DNA of 64,000 bases from a virus (IMGVR_UViG_3300031787_011371:1-64000), one strand, 5' to 3'; positions 38,883-50,820 are shown, numbered from the stretch's first letter. A program made the numbers and translations. The notes: a model not told the origin generated them from the letters alone.

Positions 38883-40178
38883 TTATGGGAGTTTTGGTAA
38901 ATCTTCTATGTTTATTTCATAAGATTGCAAAACTTGACAGATTTCTTCTGGGGCCTCGCATTCATATTCTTCATTAATACAACTATCTTCATATTCTTTT
39001 TCTACAATATTATCTTCTTCTTGTTGAATTATATTTTCAGCATTACGCCTCATAGCAATAAAAACATCTCTTACATCTCTTAAAGTTTCATTATCCTCAG
39101 CTAAAACTTCAGTCGCTTCTACGCCAAACCTTCGGTCTTCAACTGGAATTGGGATTGGAAAATCTAGACCCTCTTCTTCCATTAAAATCATTGGATATTT
39201 TTCTGAATTTATGATAAATTCTATTTTTTCATTTTTGTCAAAAAATATTTTTCCATAAATCTTTTTAATTATTTCATCAGACAATACAAAATAATTTTCT
39301 TTGGTATTTTTTATTGATAAAATAATTTCGTCTAAAGATTTATTAATATAATTTTTGAAATTATTTAATTCTTCTTCTATCTCTTTTATGTTCATTCTTT
39401 TATTTTTGTCAAACTTATATGTGTTTGTATTTGAGTATTCTTTCAAAAATATAAAAGAACTAAATTCTTTATTTTCAGAATCAAATATAGAAGTTGAATA
39501 TTTTGTAGGAAAAATTGAGTTTATTGTTGGCAAATTATTAAAGTTACTTCTGTTTATTGAGTATAAATTTTGAAGATTACTATTTTTTATTTTTTGATAA
39601 AATTCTTTATCTTCATATTTTTTAAAAAACTCATTTATATATTCCCAACGTTTAAAACTTACTGGCATATTCGCTTTTTGATAATGCTGACATAGTGTAC
39701 CAGCCCTATCAATTTCAATGTGACAAACAGTTTTGTGTTTACTATCTTTTAATGCTATTAAGGCTTTAATTTTATTTCTTAAAGAATATGACATCTCAGA
39801 AACACAATTACTCATTTGAAAAGCCTCAAATCCCAACTCCTTTTCTGTCAAGTTTATAAAATAATGCCCATCTGAAAATTTATGTAGAATCCTTGAATTT
39901 ACACTACTTTCATATTCAATATTTTTTTCTGCATATTCTATTGCATCAAAAATATTATTAAATTTTTCTTTATAGCCTTTAGTTCTTTTGAATAACTCTA
40001 AAAGAATTTTTATTTTTTCTTTTGAATTATGTGAATTGATTTTAAAATTGTCTTTTTCAATCCTATCAACGAACCAAACTAAATTATCCATTTTTACTCC
40101 GCATTCTTTACAGAATTGAATTGTTTGCAAAGACCTTCCGTTATCTATTAAGTGCTGTTCTTTTTTTGTTAATTTCAT
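38883..40178 (-). CDS. PcfJ-like domain protein with an acidic tail
   Basis: EL..EAFQMSNCV..., I.LKD..TVCHIEI, Q.AN. Confidence 0.5.
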   Translation of the reverse strand: MKLTKKEQHLIDNGRSLQTIQFCKECGVKMDNLVWFVDRIEKDNFKINSHNSKEKIKILLELFKRTKGYKEKFNNIFDAIEYAEKNIEYESSVNSRILHKFSDGHYFINLTEKELGFEAFQMSNCVSEMSYSLRNKIKALIALKDSKHKTVCHIEIDRAGTLCQHYQKANMPVSFKRWEYINEFFKKYEDKEFYQKIKNSNLQNLYSINRSNFNNLPTINSIFPTKYSTSIFDSENKEFSSFIFLKEYSNTNTYKFDKNKRMNIKEIEEELNNFKNYINKSLDEIILSIKNTKENYFVLSDEIIKKIYGKIFFDKNEKIEFIINSEKYPMILMEEEGLDFPIPIPVEDRRFGVEATEVLAEDNETLRDVRDVFIAMRRNAENIIQQEEDNIVEKEYEDSCINEEYECEAPEEICQVLQSYEINIEDLPKLP

Positions 40179-40189
40179 ATTTTATAATT

Positions 40190-41854
40190 TTAAAATGTTG
40201 TATAACCAATTATTCCTTCTTTATCTTTTATAAAGTTTATGTGTTGTGATTTTGCGTTTTTGTGAATTATAACATGAGATTGTAACCAAGAGCTTGGGCC
40301 CATATTGTATCCAACTCTTCTATGAGTTGATGTTCCTACAGATAATGCTCCATCCATTCTTCCTGGAGAATGATAATGTCCAACAACTATCTTTGTGTTT
40401 AATGTTCTCATTTGTAACAATGAACCTCTAGTTCCATTTGAGCCAATATCACCATGTTGTCCTAACTCCCATCCTAACACTTTATAAGAATCTCTTCTGC
40501 CTAAAGTTTTAAAATTAGGAAATCTATTTGTTATTATTTCTGGGATTATGCCTTTTACATCACTTAGGCTATTTGCGTACTGTCTTAACAACATTGCTGA
40601 ATACTCCATATAAAGAGGAGAATTTTTTGGTGTGGGCTGTTTTTTCCAATCTTCATTTTTTACCCACCTATCTAAAAAGTCATCGTGATTACTTCTGACT
40701 ATTACTACATTTTTATAATTTTCAAATTCAGAAAGACCTTCAAGCATTTCATCAACCTCTTTTTTCAAACAATTCATATTGTTTACCTCTTTCGCATATT
40801 GCATAAAAGGGTCTTTCATTGTGTGATGAGATATTGAGTAACCATCAAAAACGTCATGCAGCACAACGTGTTCTGGTTCTAGCTTTGTTAATAATTCATG
40901 TGTTTTACTGATTACTTCTGGGTCATGATGTCCCCAATGTAAATCTCCCAAAACACATGCTTCAATATTATTTAAATTATTAATTTTACAATCACCTTTA
41001 AGTTCTAAAGGTTTATAAAATTCTTCATTTTCTGTCTCCCAAGGATATTCATCTTCTCCTATAAAATTTACTTCATTATATAAATCACAAAAATCACCAT
41101 TATCCTCTGCAGAAACTTGTCTGACATAAAAAGTTTCTTCATCTTTTATTTCAACTACAGCAAATCCTAAAACGTGATGAAATTCTCCTTTTTTACCAGC
41201 TTTAGAATCTGTATAATTTTTGACAGTACAAGCTCCAGTTGTTAACATCATTTTTGGTTTATCACCTTCTAATACTGGTATCATTTGTAGTTGCATTTTA
41301 GGTGAGCCAAAAATACAAGAATTTACACCTGACATAGAATGCATTCCAGTCATAGGATTAACTGCTGTTGGATGTATTTTAACGTCAGACATAATAGAAA
41401 CAAACTTATGAATATCATGTCTATTTGCATCCAAATAAGGAGTAACTATTACAGACCATCTTTCTTCAGCTTGTTGGTCTATAGTCCAAATTGATGTTGG
41501 ATTTTTATATCTTCCAGCTATAACGTGTATATCTGCATCAATATGCTTTGCGTATTGTGTTAAATTATAAAAGAATTTTCTATGTACTGGAGTATTGTTT
41601 TGAGCCCAAGTTATAATGAATCTTTTTTTATTTTCATTAAAAACTCTCTTTTTAGCTTCTTCGTATTGTTGTGGTATTTGCTCTTCTTTTTCGCTCAATT
41701 CCAATTTTTCAGAAGCCCACTTTCTAACGGTTCTTTCTGATTTGTTGGTTAATTTCATTAAGAGCTTCATTCTTTCGTCCCAAGAAATTTTTTTGTTTTT
41801 ATAAATTTGAACAAACTTTTTCTTGTCTTTATCTGACATCTCTTTAAACTTCAT
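40190..41854 (-). CDS. Calcineurin-like metallophosphoesterase with N-terminal HTH (possibly T5 A1-like nuclease)
   Basis: GDLH, HDVFDG, SNHD, QHGD and GHYHS motifs; KSERTVRKW HTH; ITWAQNNTPVH. Confidence 0.65.
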   Translation of the reverse strand: MKFKEMSDKDKKKFVQIYKNKKISWDERMKLLMKLTNKSERTVRKWASEKLELSEKEEQIPQQYEEAKKRVFNENKKRFIITWAQNNTPVHRKFFYNLTQYAKHIDADIHVIAGRYKNPTSIWTIDQQAEERWSVIVTPYLDANRHDIHKFVSIMSDVKIHPTAVNPMTGMHSMSGVNSCIFGSPKMQLQMIPVLEGDKPKMMLTTGACTVKNYTDSKAGKKGEFHHVLGFAVVEIKDEETFYVRQVSAEDNGDFCDLYNEVNFIGEDEYPWETENEEFYKPLELKGDCKINNLNNIEACVLGDLHWGHHDPEVISKTHELLTKLEPEHVVLHDVFDGYSISHHTMKDPFMQYAKEVNNMNCLKKEVDEMLEGLSEFENYKNVVIVRSNHDDFLDRWVKNEDWKKQPTPKNSPLYMEYSAMLLRQYANSLSDVKGIIPEIITNRFPNFKTLGRRDSYKVLGWELGQHGDIGSNGTRGSLLQMRTLNTKIVVGHYHSPGRMDGALSVGTSTHRRVGYNMGPSSWLQSHVIIHKNAKSQHINFIKDKEGIIGYTTF

Positions 41855-41929
41855 AAATTTAAAAATATAAATTATTTATGAGCAAATAAAGGTAAAAAGA
41901 TTTATAAAAACAAGATTTTTTAGATAAAA

Positions 41930-42937
41930 TTATTTTAATGAAGATAAAATTGAATTTACACTATCAATAATTGTTCTTTTTGGAGACCAACTCATAACGT
42001 CTTTTGCTTTTGATATATCTCCATATATTTTTTGTATATCACCTTCTCTTCTTGGGTAAAACTTATAAGGAACTTCGACTCCCAAATCTTTAAAGGCATT
42101 AATTATTTCTAGAACAGAATAACCATTTCCAGAACCAACATTAACTACTTGATAATTATTATTTTCAACTATTGACAAAGCTGAAGTATGAGCGTCAGCC
42201 AAATCCATTATGTCTATATAGTCCCTTATTGCTGTTCCATCTGGAGTATCATAATCATTTCCAAAAACTCTTAAATGCTCAAATTCTCCTTTTATTGTTT
42301 TTAGTATATAAGGCATTAAATTTTCTGGTACTCCTTTTGGTTCATCAGACAACAGTCCACTTTCATGTGAACCTATCGGATTAAAATATCTAAGAGAAAC
42401 CACATTTATACCATCAACTTTTGATGTATTATTTAAAATGTTTTCACAAATTTGTTTAGTTTCACCATAAGGAGATTCTGCTTTTTTTGTTGGCATCAAT
42501 TCATTTACTGGATAACTATTTGGCTCTCCATATACAGTACAAGAAGATGAAAATATAATGTTTTTAACTCCAAATTGTTTCATGAATTTCAATAATGAAA
42601 TTGTATTATTTACATTATTGTCATAATATTTTAATGGATTTTTTACTGATTCATTAACAGATTTATGTGCTGCGAAATGAATTACTGCATATATAGGATA
42701 GTTTTTCATTATATATGCAACATTATTTTTATCACTTTCGTCTGTTATGTCTCCATAAAAATAAGTTACTTTTTGACCAGTTATTTTTTCTATGTCTTTA
42801 AGTCTACTATAAATACCATTAGAAAGATTGTCTATAATTATAGGTTTATAACCATTTTTAATAAGACTAACAATCGTATTGCTTCCTATATAACCAAGAC
42901 CACCAGTTACTAAAATGTTTTTTACTTTACTATCCAT
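41930..42937 (-). CDS. galE: UDP-glucose 4-epimerase
   Basis: TGGLGYIGS, HFAAHKSVNES, YGETK, LRYFNPIG, DGTAIRDYI. Confidence 0.92.
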   Translation of the reverse strand: MDSKVKNILVTGGLGYIGSNTIVSLIKNGYKPIIIDNLSNGIYSRLKDIEKITGQKVTYFYGDITDESDKNNVAYIMKNYPIYAVIHFAAHKSVNESVKNPLKYYDNNVNNTISLLKFMKQFGVKNIIFSSSCTVYGEPNSYPVNELMPTKKAESPYGETKQICENILNNTSKVDGINVVSLRYFNPIGSHESGLLSDEPKGVPENLMPYILKTIKGEFEHLRVFGNDYDTPDGTAIRDYIDIMDLADAHTSALSIVENNNYQVVNVGSGNGYSVLEIINAFKDLGVEVPYKFYPRREGDIQKIYGDISKAKDVMSWSPKRTIIDSVNSILSSLK

Positions 42938-42957
42938 TTGTGTAATGTGTGATTTTT

Positions 42958-43446
42958 TTAATCTAAAACTTCACCATATTCAATTCTTTCTAAATGGTTT
43001 AATTCATCTTCCAGATTATCTAATACCATACAAATTTTTTCACATCCTTTATCTAATGAACTCAATTCGTTTATCCAACTTTCCCAATTATCACTTACAA
43101 GTTTAATAAACCCTTCTGGATTACCTCTTTCTTTGTATCTTTTAATGAATTCTTCTTTTCTGCCTTTGTCTGGGTAAACTATGTAGAAGAAAATAAAACT
43201 TTCAAGCAAAGCGTCTCTAACCTCTTTGTGTGATGAAACAAATATGTATTTATATTTTCCAATATTTGATTTTATATGTTCTATATAATTTTTAGGGAAC
43301 TCTGGATTTCTTTCTTTTGTGTTATTGCCAACTTCATCTTTAATCCAACTAAAATTACTTGAATCACTATCAAGTGTATCATTTGGAAATTTTTTGTGAT
43401 AAAAACTTTTTCCAGTACCTGGGAATGCTGATATAATTTTTGTCAT
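42958..43446 (-). CDS. Small P-loop NTPase/kinase-like protein
   Basis: ISAFPGTGKS Walker A. Confidence 0.65.
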   Translation of the reverse strand: MTKIISAFPGTGKSFYHKKFPNDTLDSDSSNFSWIKDEVGNNTKERNPEFPKNYIEHIKSNIGKYKYIFVSSHKEVRDALLESFIFFYIVYPDKGRKEEFIKRYKERGNPEGFIKLVSDNWESWINELSSLDKGCEKICMVLDNLEDELNHLERIEYGEVLD

Positions 43447-43452
43447 AATATT

Positions 43453-44052
43453 TTATTTATTTTCTTTTAAAAATTCATTAATCATTTCTTCAGTTACATT
43501 AAAATTGTTTTTTCCAAATTTTTCATAATATGCTTCTTGTAAATCAATCGGTATAGCTTTACTATTCATTTTCATATTTAACAAACCTTCCTCATTTCCT
43601 TCTTCTTTTGTCATATAAAAAACCATTCCATATTTTGGTTCAGAGTCCATGTCAACATCATAGGTATTATTGTTTTTAATTTCTCCATTTATTTCCCATG
43701 ATTCGAATAAGCCTCTTACTATAACTCCTTGTTCAGAATTTTGAATAGAATATAAGTAACATCTATCTTTAAATTTTAAACCTTCTTGTAAAAATAAAGT
43801 TAAAACCTGTAAAGGACTTCCTTCTTTATCTTCAAGTAAAGGTCTAGATACAATAAAAATTTCACAATCCTCAAACTCTTCACATTCTTTAATTTTTGAC
43901 AAATTTGTTCTAATCAAACTATGATTCATTATATTTTCTCTATAATTAAAATCAAAATTACTTGATGAATTTAATATGTTTATTAAATTTTCCTCTTTAT
44001 TTGATGGAGCTTTATATGGAGCTATTACATCTAACAATTCTTTAATTTTCAT
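43453..44052 (-). CDS. Hypothetical protein
   Basis: 199-aa ORF in the operon. Confidence 0.6.
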   Translation of the reverse strand: MKIKELLDVIAPYKAPSNKEENLINILNSSSNFDFNYRENIMNHSLIRTNLSKIKECEEFEDCEIFIVSRPLLEDKEGSPLQVLTLFLQEGLKFKDRCYLYSIQNSEQGVIVRGLFESWEINGEIKNNNTYDVDMDSEPKYGMVFYMTKEEGNEEGLLNMKMNSKAIPIDLQEAYYEKFGKNNFNVTEEMINEFLKENK

Positions 44053-44059
44053 AATTTAT

Positions 44060-45004
44060 TTATTTTCTAGCTGTTTTATAATTTTCAATAAACCAATCAA
44101 TAGTTTTATTTATACCATCTTCTAATGGCGTAAAAACAAATTCTTTTGGAATATCGCTTTTTGCTGGTTTTCTAAATTGGCCTTTAGGTTTTGTTATGTC
44201 ATATTTTATTCTGTCTTCAGAAATATTAAATCTTCTTGCAATAATATCGACAATTTCTTTGATTGAATGTTCAGTTTCGTTCACTGCCATAAAAGGCATA
44301 TCACTTTTCCAATTATCTATTGCCCATAATATAACTTTTGCTAAATCTTCTGAATATATAAATTGTCTTAAAGGTGTTCCGTCTCCCCAAACTTCAAAAT
44401 CTTTACCTGACAAACTTGCCTCATATCCTTTCCTAATTAAAGCTGGCACTAAATGACTATCTTCTAAATTAAAATTATCATTTGGACCATAAATATTAGT
44501 TGGAATAATTGAAATCCAATTGGAATCTGGAATCATCTTTCCATATATTTTAGTTTGATAACCTAGTAATCTTTTAGCATAAGAATAACCATAATTAGAA
44601 TTATGAGGAGGTCCTTGGTCTATTTTATCTGCAGTTAATGGATAATCTATTTTATCTGGAAATACACATGTAGACAATATAGAAACAAAATTTTTATATT
44701 TTGCTCTGTAAGCAACTTCTAATAAATTATTGTTAATTTCTAAATTTTCATTAAAAAACAATTCATTATTATCCATGTTGGCTTTTACTCCACCAACTTT
44801 TGCTGCACAATGTATTATTGTGTTATATTCATTTTCTATACCATCTTCAAAACACCTCCGTACAGAATTTATATTTAAAAGATTACAATCTCTACTTGAC
44901 AAAAACTCATGACTATTATCATTATTTAGTTGTCTTTTTATTGCAGAGCCCAATAACCCACTAGCCCCTGTTACTATTACTTTTTTATTGTTTTGCACTT
45001 GCAT
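44060..45004 (-). CDS. fcl: GDP-L-fucose synthase
   Basis: [58 protein letters not shown]. Confidence 0.92.
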   Translation of the reverse strand: MQVQNNKKVIVTGASGLLGSAIKRQLNNDNSHEFLSSRDCNLLNINSVRRCFEDGIENEYNTIIHCAAKVGGVKANMDNNELFFNENLEINNNLLEVAYRAKYKNFVSILSTCVFPDKIDYPLTADKIDQGPPHNSNYGYSYAKRLLGYQTKIYGKMIPDSNWISIIPTNIYGPNDNFNLEDSHLVPALIRKGYEASLSGKDFEVWGDGTPLRQFIYSEDLAKVILWAIDNWKSDMPFMAVNETEHSIKEIVDIIARRFNISEDRIKYDITKPKGQFRKPAKSDIPKEFVFTPLEDGINKTIDWFIENYKTARK

Positions 45005-46058
45005 AAAATTGATATCCCTTTTTTTCTAATTTTTCTTTGTCGCTTCTAATCATTAGTGCGGCAAGCTCTTTAAAATCTATTTTTGGTTGCCAATCAAGTT
45101 TTTGTTTAGCTTTTGAATAGTCTCCTAGCAAAACTTCTACTTCTGAAGGTCTAAAATATTTTTCATCAACCTCAACTAAAAGTTTTCCGCTTAATTTATC
45201 ATAACCTTTTTCATTAATACCTTCACCCTTCCAGACTATTTCAAAACCAAGATAAGGAACAACTTCTTCTATAAATTCTCTTACTGAATGTGTTTCATTT
45301 GTTGCTAAAACAAAATCTTCTGGCTTGTCTAATTGTAACATTTTCCACATTCCTTCTACATAATCTCTTGCATGACCCCAGTCTCTTTTTGCGTCAAGAT
45401 TTCCTATCTTTAAAACATCTCTTTTTCTACAAGCAACTTCAGCAAGGTTTATTGTAATTTTTCTTGTAACAAAAGTTTCTCCTCTTCTTTCAGATTCATG
45501 ATTAAACAAAATTCCATTACAAGCAAATAAATTATAAGCCTCTCTATAATTTTTCACAATCCAATAACCATAAAGTTTTGCTACTCCATACGGACTTCTT
45601 GGATGAAAAGGAGATTCTTCATTGTAACCATTTTCTGGCATGTTATAAGCCATTCCTCCATATAATTCTGATGTGGAAGCTTGGTAAAATTTAGCATTAG
45701 GACAATGATTCCTCATTGCTTCTAAAATGGCTAACGTACCTAACGCGTCTGTTTGTGCAGTATAATAAGGTAATTCAAATGAAACTTTTACGTGTGATTG
45801 CGCAGCCAAGCTATATATCTCATCTGGTTGTATTTTAGATATAAGATTTGATATAACAAGAGGGTCAGTTACATCACCATAATGAAAATGAAATTTTGGA
45901 TGATTATCTATTAAATGGTCTATTCTTTTTGTGTTGAATGAACTAGAGCGTCTAATCATACCATGTACATCGTACCCTTTTTCGAGAAGTAATTCTGCCA
46001 AATATGAACCGTCTTGACCGTTAACTCCAGTTATGAATGCTATTTTTGTTTTTGACAT
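44985..46058 (-). CDS. gmd: GDP-mannose 4,6-dehydratase
   Basis: [49 protein letters not shown]. Confidence 0.95.
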   Translation of the reverse strand: MSKTKIAFITGVNGQDGSYLAELLLEKGYDVHGMIRRSSSFNTKRIDHLIDNHPKFHFHYGDVTDPLVISNLISKIQPDEIYSLAAQSHVKVSFELPYYTAQTDALGTLAILEAMRNHCPNAKFYQASTSELYGGMAYNMPENGYNEESPFHPRSPYGVAKLYGYWIVKNYREAYNLFACNGILFNHESERRGETFVTRKITINLAEVACRKRDVLKIGNLDAKRDWGHARDYVEGMWKMLQLDKPEDFVLATNETHSVREFIEEVVPYLGFEIVWKGEGINEKGYDKLSGKLLVEVDEKYFRPSEVEVLLGDYSKAKQKLDWQPKIDFKELAALMIRSDKEKLEKKGYQFYASAKQ

Positions 46059-46074
46059 ATAAAATGTTTTAAAC

Positions 46075-46104
46075 CAAAAATAACTTTTATTATAAAAAAG
46101 TAAA
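46075..46104 (-). promoter_or_regulatory. Bacteroidota-type promoter (variant -33)
   Basis: Minus strand TTTA-N18-TATTTTTG upstream of gmd. Confidence 0.45.
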
Positions 46105-46111
46105 TATTTTA

Positions 46112-47224
46112 TTAAGAATATTTACCATGTAATTTTGCTTCTTTTAATAGTTTTGTTAATTTATCAATTTGACTTTCCAGTGAATAGTTCAACAAATAGC
46201 GATTAAAACCTTTTAAAGATTTTTCAATATAATATTCATTGTCATTCATTAATTTTAACATTTCTTTTGAATAACTTTCTATATCATTTCTTTCAAAAAC
46301 CATTCCTCCATCACCTATAACTTCTACATGCCCATTTGAATTTGCTTTATGACTTATACATGGTTTTTTGTGAAACATAGCTTCAGTAAAAACTGCACCA
46401 AAAGTTTCGCCATCACTTCTTCCGTGAGAAAAAACATCTAAAGTTTCTAAAAATGAATGTATTATTTCACTATTACCAGTATGTTCTAATTTAATGAAAT
46501 TTTTTAACTGTAATTGCTTTGCTTGATTTTCGTATTTTTCTTCTCCTCCAAGCAATATAAAACAAGTGTTATCATTTTCTATTTTTTTATATGCAGACAA
46601 TGGAACTTCAGAAAATAATCCTTCGGAATTTCTTTGATGAAAACCAAAAACAAATTTATTTCTAATATTAAGATTGTCTCTCATACAAAAAAAAGGAGGA
46701 TTTGGCATTTCTTGTATAACTGGTATTATGTCTAATTTGCCTGAATCTCCACCAGAATTTACCCAAATATTACCGCTTTCTTTTGTTATATGTATGCTTT
46801 TAAATACATTTTTTTGATTGTCAACTCCAGCATTTAATGTTAATATATTTATTATTGGAGTTCTTTTTATTAAATAAAATGGATATTCAGGATGACCAGC
46901 TCTACCAGTTATAATTACATCATAATTATCCTCATTAAAAACGTTCCAAAAATTTGTATTCACCCAATCATGATTAGCCGTTCTTACATCTTTATATTGT
47001 ACTTCAAATTTTATTAAATTAACTTTCTTATCTTCTAAATATTTTTTTCTAAAAATATCAGTATCTGGATGTTTCCAGGTTGAACCTAAATATGGAGCTG
47101 CATCACAATAATAAAAATCTACTTGAAATTCTTCTCTAGGTAAATTGGCTGCTATAGTGTGTAAAAACCTTTCTGTTCCTCCTGCTGATAATCCTCCAAA
47201 TTTTATAAATGCCACTTTAATCAT
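46112..47224 (-). CDS. GT4 glycosyltransferase
   Basis: [17 protein letters not shown]. Confidence 0.85.
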   Translation of the reverse strand: MIKVAFIKFGGLSAGGTERFLHTIAANLPREEFQVDFYYCDAAPYLGSTWKHPDTDIFRKKYLEDKKVNLIKFEVQYKDVRTANHDWVNTNFWNVFNEDNYDVIITGRAGHPEYPFYLIKRTPIINILTLNAGVDNQKNVFKSIHITKESGNIWVNSGGDSGKLDIIPVIQEMPNPPFFCMRDNLNIRNKFVFGFHQRNSEGLFSEVPLSAYKKIENDNTCFILLGGEEKYENQAKQLQLKNFIKLEHTGNSEIIHSFLETLDVFSHGRSDGETFGAVFTEAMFHKKPCISHKANSNGHVEVIGDGGMVFERNDIESYSKEMLKLMNDNEYYIEKSLKGFNRYLLNYSLESQIDKLTKLLKEAKLHGKYS

Positions 47225-47225
47225 A

Positions 47226-48077
47226 TTATATATTTTTTAAATTATTAATTTCATCAACGTGCCAAATGTTTAAATCTCTAAAATAATCAACACCATATTT
47301 TTCAAACCAATTGTTTATTTCCTTGATTCTCCAATTGTTGTTTTTGTAAATTTCATCAATATTAGGCAATATAACATTTTCATACCATTCAGATGGTGCT
47401 TTAGTTGTTTTGCAATTTCCATCATATAAAGTTATGGAATATGTACTATTAATTTCACTTGTTGATTTATTGGGGTTTTTAACTCTTTCTAGACAACGAT
47501 ACCATGACTGCTTTATTTGAAAAGCTTCCCAGCAAGAAAATTGAAAATGAAAAACTGCCCCAACATTTGAAGGTATTTGCTTTGTTTGATTAACTATAGG
47601 CAATCTTGGCTCATGTATCCAGTTTCCAGAATAATTTATTTTACCATCATCACAAATAATAAAATCTTTATAACTATTAGACCAAGCACTATTATCGTCT
47701 CTGTATTCATAAAGACTTCTCCACATTGGAAGCCAATGCATTGTACATCTTTCTCCTGGTTTAATGCTTGATGTTATTAAATCAAAATTTTTAATTGCAT
47801 TAGAAGTGAAAGATTCATCAGCATCTAAACTAACAATATGTGTTGCTGAACAATCTCTTGCCAAATTAAAAAGATGTCCTCTTTTAGAGCTCCAGCCATC
47901 ATTGTTTTCTAATTTTACAACTTCTATATTTTTATATTTTTCTAATAATTCTACAGAATTATCAGTAGAACCATCATCTAAAACAATTATTTTATCACAC
48001 ACTTTACTTACAGAAGAAGCAAAAGAATCTATAAATGGTGATTCATTTTTTATTGGCGTTATTCCTATAATTTTCAT
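47226..48077 (-). CDS. GT2 glycosyltransferase
   Basis: KNES, LDDGSTD, LDADE, IHEP. Confidence 0.8.
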   Translation of the reverse strand: MKIIGITPIKNESPFIDSFASSVSKVCDKIIVLDDGSTDNSVELLEKYKNIEVVKLENNDGWSSKRGHLFNLARDCSATHIVSLDADESFTSNAIKNFDLITSSIKPGERCTMHWLPMWRSLYEYRDDNSAWSNSYKDFIICDDGKINYSGNWIHEPRLPIVNQTKQIPSNVGAVFHFQFSCWEAFQIKQSWYRCLERVKNPNKSTSEINSTYSITLYDGNCKTTKAPSEWYENVILPNIDEIYKNNNWRIKEINNWFEKYGVDYFRDLNIWHVDEINNLKNI

Positions 48078-48079
48078 AA

Positions 48080-48691
48080 TTAATTTTTTATTTTAAAGCA
48101 TCCAAATCCAGATTCATGAGCCCAAGAATCCAAACTATATTTTTCTCCAATCCATTCATCAAAAAATTTGCCTTTATCATTTATTTTTATGTCATCAACA
48201 AATAATAATGAATTGTTTTTCATTTTATTTTTATAAACATCAAATTCTTTACTTATTTGATGATAATGATGAATTGTGTCAGAAAATAAAAAATCTATAG
48301 AATTATTTAAAAACATAGATAATACATTAGGATTAGTACAGTTATCGTATACTATATTTACTCTATCATCTTCAAAAAATTTTTTAGGTAAAAGCCTTAA
48401 ATCTTGAACAATGTCTATTGTATAAAATTTTTGTTTTGGTTTTAATGAATCGTAAATTGCCAAAGTACTCATACCCTCTCTGTTTCCCAATTCAACAATA
48501 ATGGCATCTTCTGGCAAATTTTTAATTACATTATGTATCAATGTAAAGTATCCACAAACTTTTCCTTGAGGAAAAGAAAAATTTGTTAGATATTTTTTAT
48601 ATTCCTCATCAATACCATAAATAAAATCAGAATTATTCCAAATGATTTCTTGATTTTTTTCTGTGTAATCTATTATTTCTTTTAAATTCAT
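48080..48691 (-). CDS. SAM methyltransferase (Methyltransf_24-like)
   Basis: IVELGNREGMS, DFLFSDT.H, FVDD. Confidence 0.7.
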   Translation of the reverse strand: MNLKEIIDYTEKNQEIIWNNSDFIYGIDEEYKKYLTNFSFPQGKVCGYFTLIHNVIKNLPEDAIIVELGNREGMSTLAIYDSLKPKQKFYTIDIVQDLRLLPKKFFEDDRVNIVYDNCTNPNVLSMFLNNSIDFLFSDTIHHYHQISKEFDVYKNKMKNNSLLFVDDIKINDKGKFFDEWIGEKYSLDSWAHESGFGCFKIKN

Positions 48692-49368
48692 ATTTCATTT
48701 TTTGAAAGTCCATCTCTAAACATTTTTATGACTTCACTAGAACCTGGCCCCATAAAATCATTATTAATTATATTTAATTCTAATTTATTTTCCCACATAA
48801 AATTCAAGTCTCTTATGCTTAAATCTAATTTGGCTATTGAATCAAAAAAATCATCAGCATCCAAAAAATTTAATTTTGGATAAGCAATAAACTTATTATT
48901 TTCTATTTGAAATATCCATCTATGATGAATATAGCCTCTAAAACCTTTGCCGTTTATATTAACTTCTAATCCTGTTTGTGAAAGTCTTGATAATTCTATA
49001 AATTTACTTGGTATAGCAACATATCCAGATTTTGCTATTTTGCTTATTTGTTGACAAACTAATAATGGATTTGATAAATCCTCTAATGTATGAGTGCAAA
49101 TTGCAAAATCAAATTTACCATTTTGTTTTACATAATCAATCAAATCAGACCAAGAATCATGGTCACATATATTAAATTGAAATTGCTTTACTCTATTGTC
49201 TTGGCATTTATTTATATCCACTATTGCATCTAATACTGGCCAAGACCATCCGTCATAAGTTCCTCCAATATCTATAATTTTAAAATTTTTATTATTTTCT
49301 TTTATAGATTTTAAATAGTTTAAAATTTCACTTCTGTCACCATTACCATATTTAACGTTACTAATCAT
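48688..49368 (-). CDS. SAM methyltransferase-like protein
   Basis: IIDIGG, FDFAICTHTLED, HHRW. Confidence 0.65.
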   Translation of the reverse strand: MISNVKYGNGDRSEILNYLKSIKENNKNFKIIDIGGTYDGWSWPVLDAIVDINKCQDNRVKQFQFNICDHDSWSDLIDYVKQNGKFDFAICTHTLEDLSNPLLVCQQISKIAKSGYVAIPSKFIELSRLSQTGLEVNINGKGFRGYIHHRWIFQIENNKFIAYPKLNFLDADDFFDSIAKLDLSIRDLNFMWENKLELNIINNDFMGPGSSEVIKMFRDGLSKNEI

Positions 49369-49375
49369 ATTAATA

Positions 49376-50179
49376 TTAATTTATAAAATTTTTAAAATTT
49401 ATCTTTTCTCCAAAATTTGTAATATTTTCTATATCATAATTTAATATATCACATAAAAATTTATTACAATCTTCTTTTTCAATCTTATCTTCAATTCCAT
49501 ATCTTTTATAGATGAAAGTCTTCTCTATTCCTTGTAGGTTTCCGCTTGTACTTGCACCCTTTCCTTCATCTAAGTAAAACCCAGTATTACCTTCAGAAAA
49601 TTTTATTTTTCCATTGTATGCCAATCTTATCGCAAAATCAAAATCAGCACCAGACCTTAGTTGTTCATCAAAATATCCAGCTTTATTACAAATAGATTTT
49701 CTGAACATAAAAAAAGGCCCTAAAATCATACCTCTTTTATATTCTGAATCTGGATGTATTGTATGGTCTATTTGTCTGCCAGATTTTAAGCCAAAAGAAT
49801 TAACAACCTGATAATTAGAATTTACAATATCAATATCATCATTTTGTTCTAAAATTTTCATTTGACTTTCAAGTGAATTTGGTTCTCTCAAATCATCGAT
49901 ATTCCATATTGTTAAATATTCACCAGAAGATTCTTTTATGCACTTATTCATTGATGTGCCAATCGGTTCTACTGGCCTTGTTATTATATGCTTTATTACT
50001 CCATCTGGATATTTGTTAATGTATTCTTTTACTAATTCAACTTCCCAATCTTCTGGGTCATTGTGGTCTAAAACCAACTCAAAATTTGGGAAAATTGTTT
50101 GATTTTCTAATTCTTCTAAAAATTTAGGAAGATATTTTCCCATTTTATAACATGGTGTTATTGTACTTATTTTTTTCAT
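49376..50179 (-). CDS. GT2 glycosyltransferase
   Basis: TITPCY, WNIDD, GYFDE..ADFDF. Confidence 0.8.
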   Translation of the reverse strand: MKKISTITPCYKMGKYLPKFLEELENQTIFPNFELVLDHNDPEDWEVELVKEYINKYPDGVIKHIITRPVEPIGTSMNKCIKESSGEYLTIWNIDDLREPNSLESQMKILEQNDDIDIVNSNYQVVNSFGLKSGRQIDHTIHPDSEYKRGMILGPFFMFRKSICNKAGYFDEQLRSGADFDFAIRLAYNGKIKFSEGNTGFYLDEGKGASTSGNLQGIEKTFIYKRYGIEDKIEKEDCNKFLCDILNYDIENITNFGEKINFKNFIN

Positions 50180-50820
50180 TTTTTATAAAAAATTAAATCT
50201 CTTTGAAATATTTCTCCTTTTTTAAAAATTCCGTCTTCTAGCGGCCAAACATGATTCTCTATTACTTCATAATTTAAAAAATTGTTTTCTTTCATATTTT
50301 TAATAATCTCATCTTCAAGAGGGGCTCCTTCATTATATTCTTTTAATGAAGTTTCTATTATTACATATTTTGCTTTTTCTAAAATGTTTTTTGAACCTTT
50401 TAAAATATCAAGTTCAGAACCTTGAGTATCTAATTTTATTAAATCAAATTCATCTAATTTAAATAAAGAATCAACTGTTTTTGTTATTCTTTTTTCAATT
50501 ATTAAATTTTCTATTGAATAATGTTTTGTTTTTTCTAAATATAAAGAATTGCCAGTACATATATCATTTTCTTTTGTTAAGAAAAAGTCAACCTCTTTAT
50601 CGTCTACATCAGATAAAACTTCAATAAAATACAAGTTTCCAGTATTTTTTAAATAAATTTCACAATTTTTATTAGCTTCAACCATATATAAAATAGAATC
50701 TTTCCAAACGTTTTTACATAATTCAGAAAACTCACCAACATTAGCACCTATGTCTAATATCTTATTTGGAATAAACCCTTTATTTTTTAAAGTTTGTAAA
50801 TAGTTGTTAATTTTGCTCAT
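50176..50820 (-). CDS. FkbM-family methyltransferase
   Basis: LDIGANVG, KLDTQGSELDIL. Confidence 0.85.
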   Translation of the reverse strand: MSKINNYLQTLKNKGFIPNKILDIGANVGEFSELCKNVWKDSILYMVEANKNCEIYLKNTGNLYFIEVLSDVDDKEVDFFLTKENDICTGNSLYLEKTKHYSIENLIIEKRITKTVDSLFKLDEFDLIKLDTQGSELDILKGSKNILEKAKYVIIETSLKEYNEGAPLEDEIIKNMKENNFLNYEVIENHVWPLEDGIFKKGEIFQRDLIFYKK

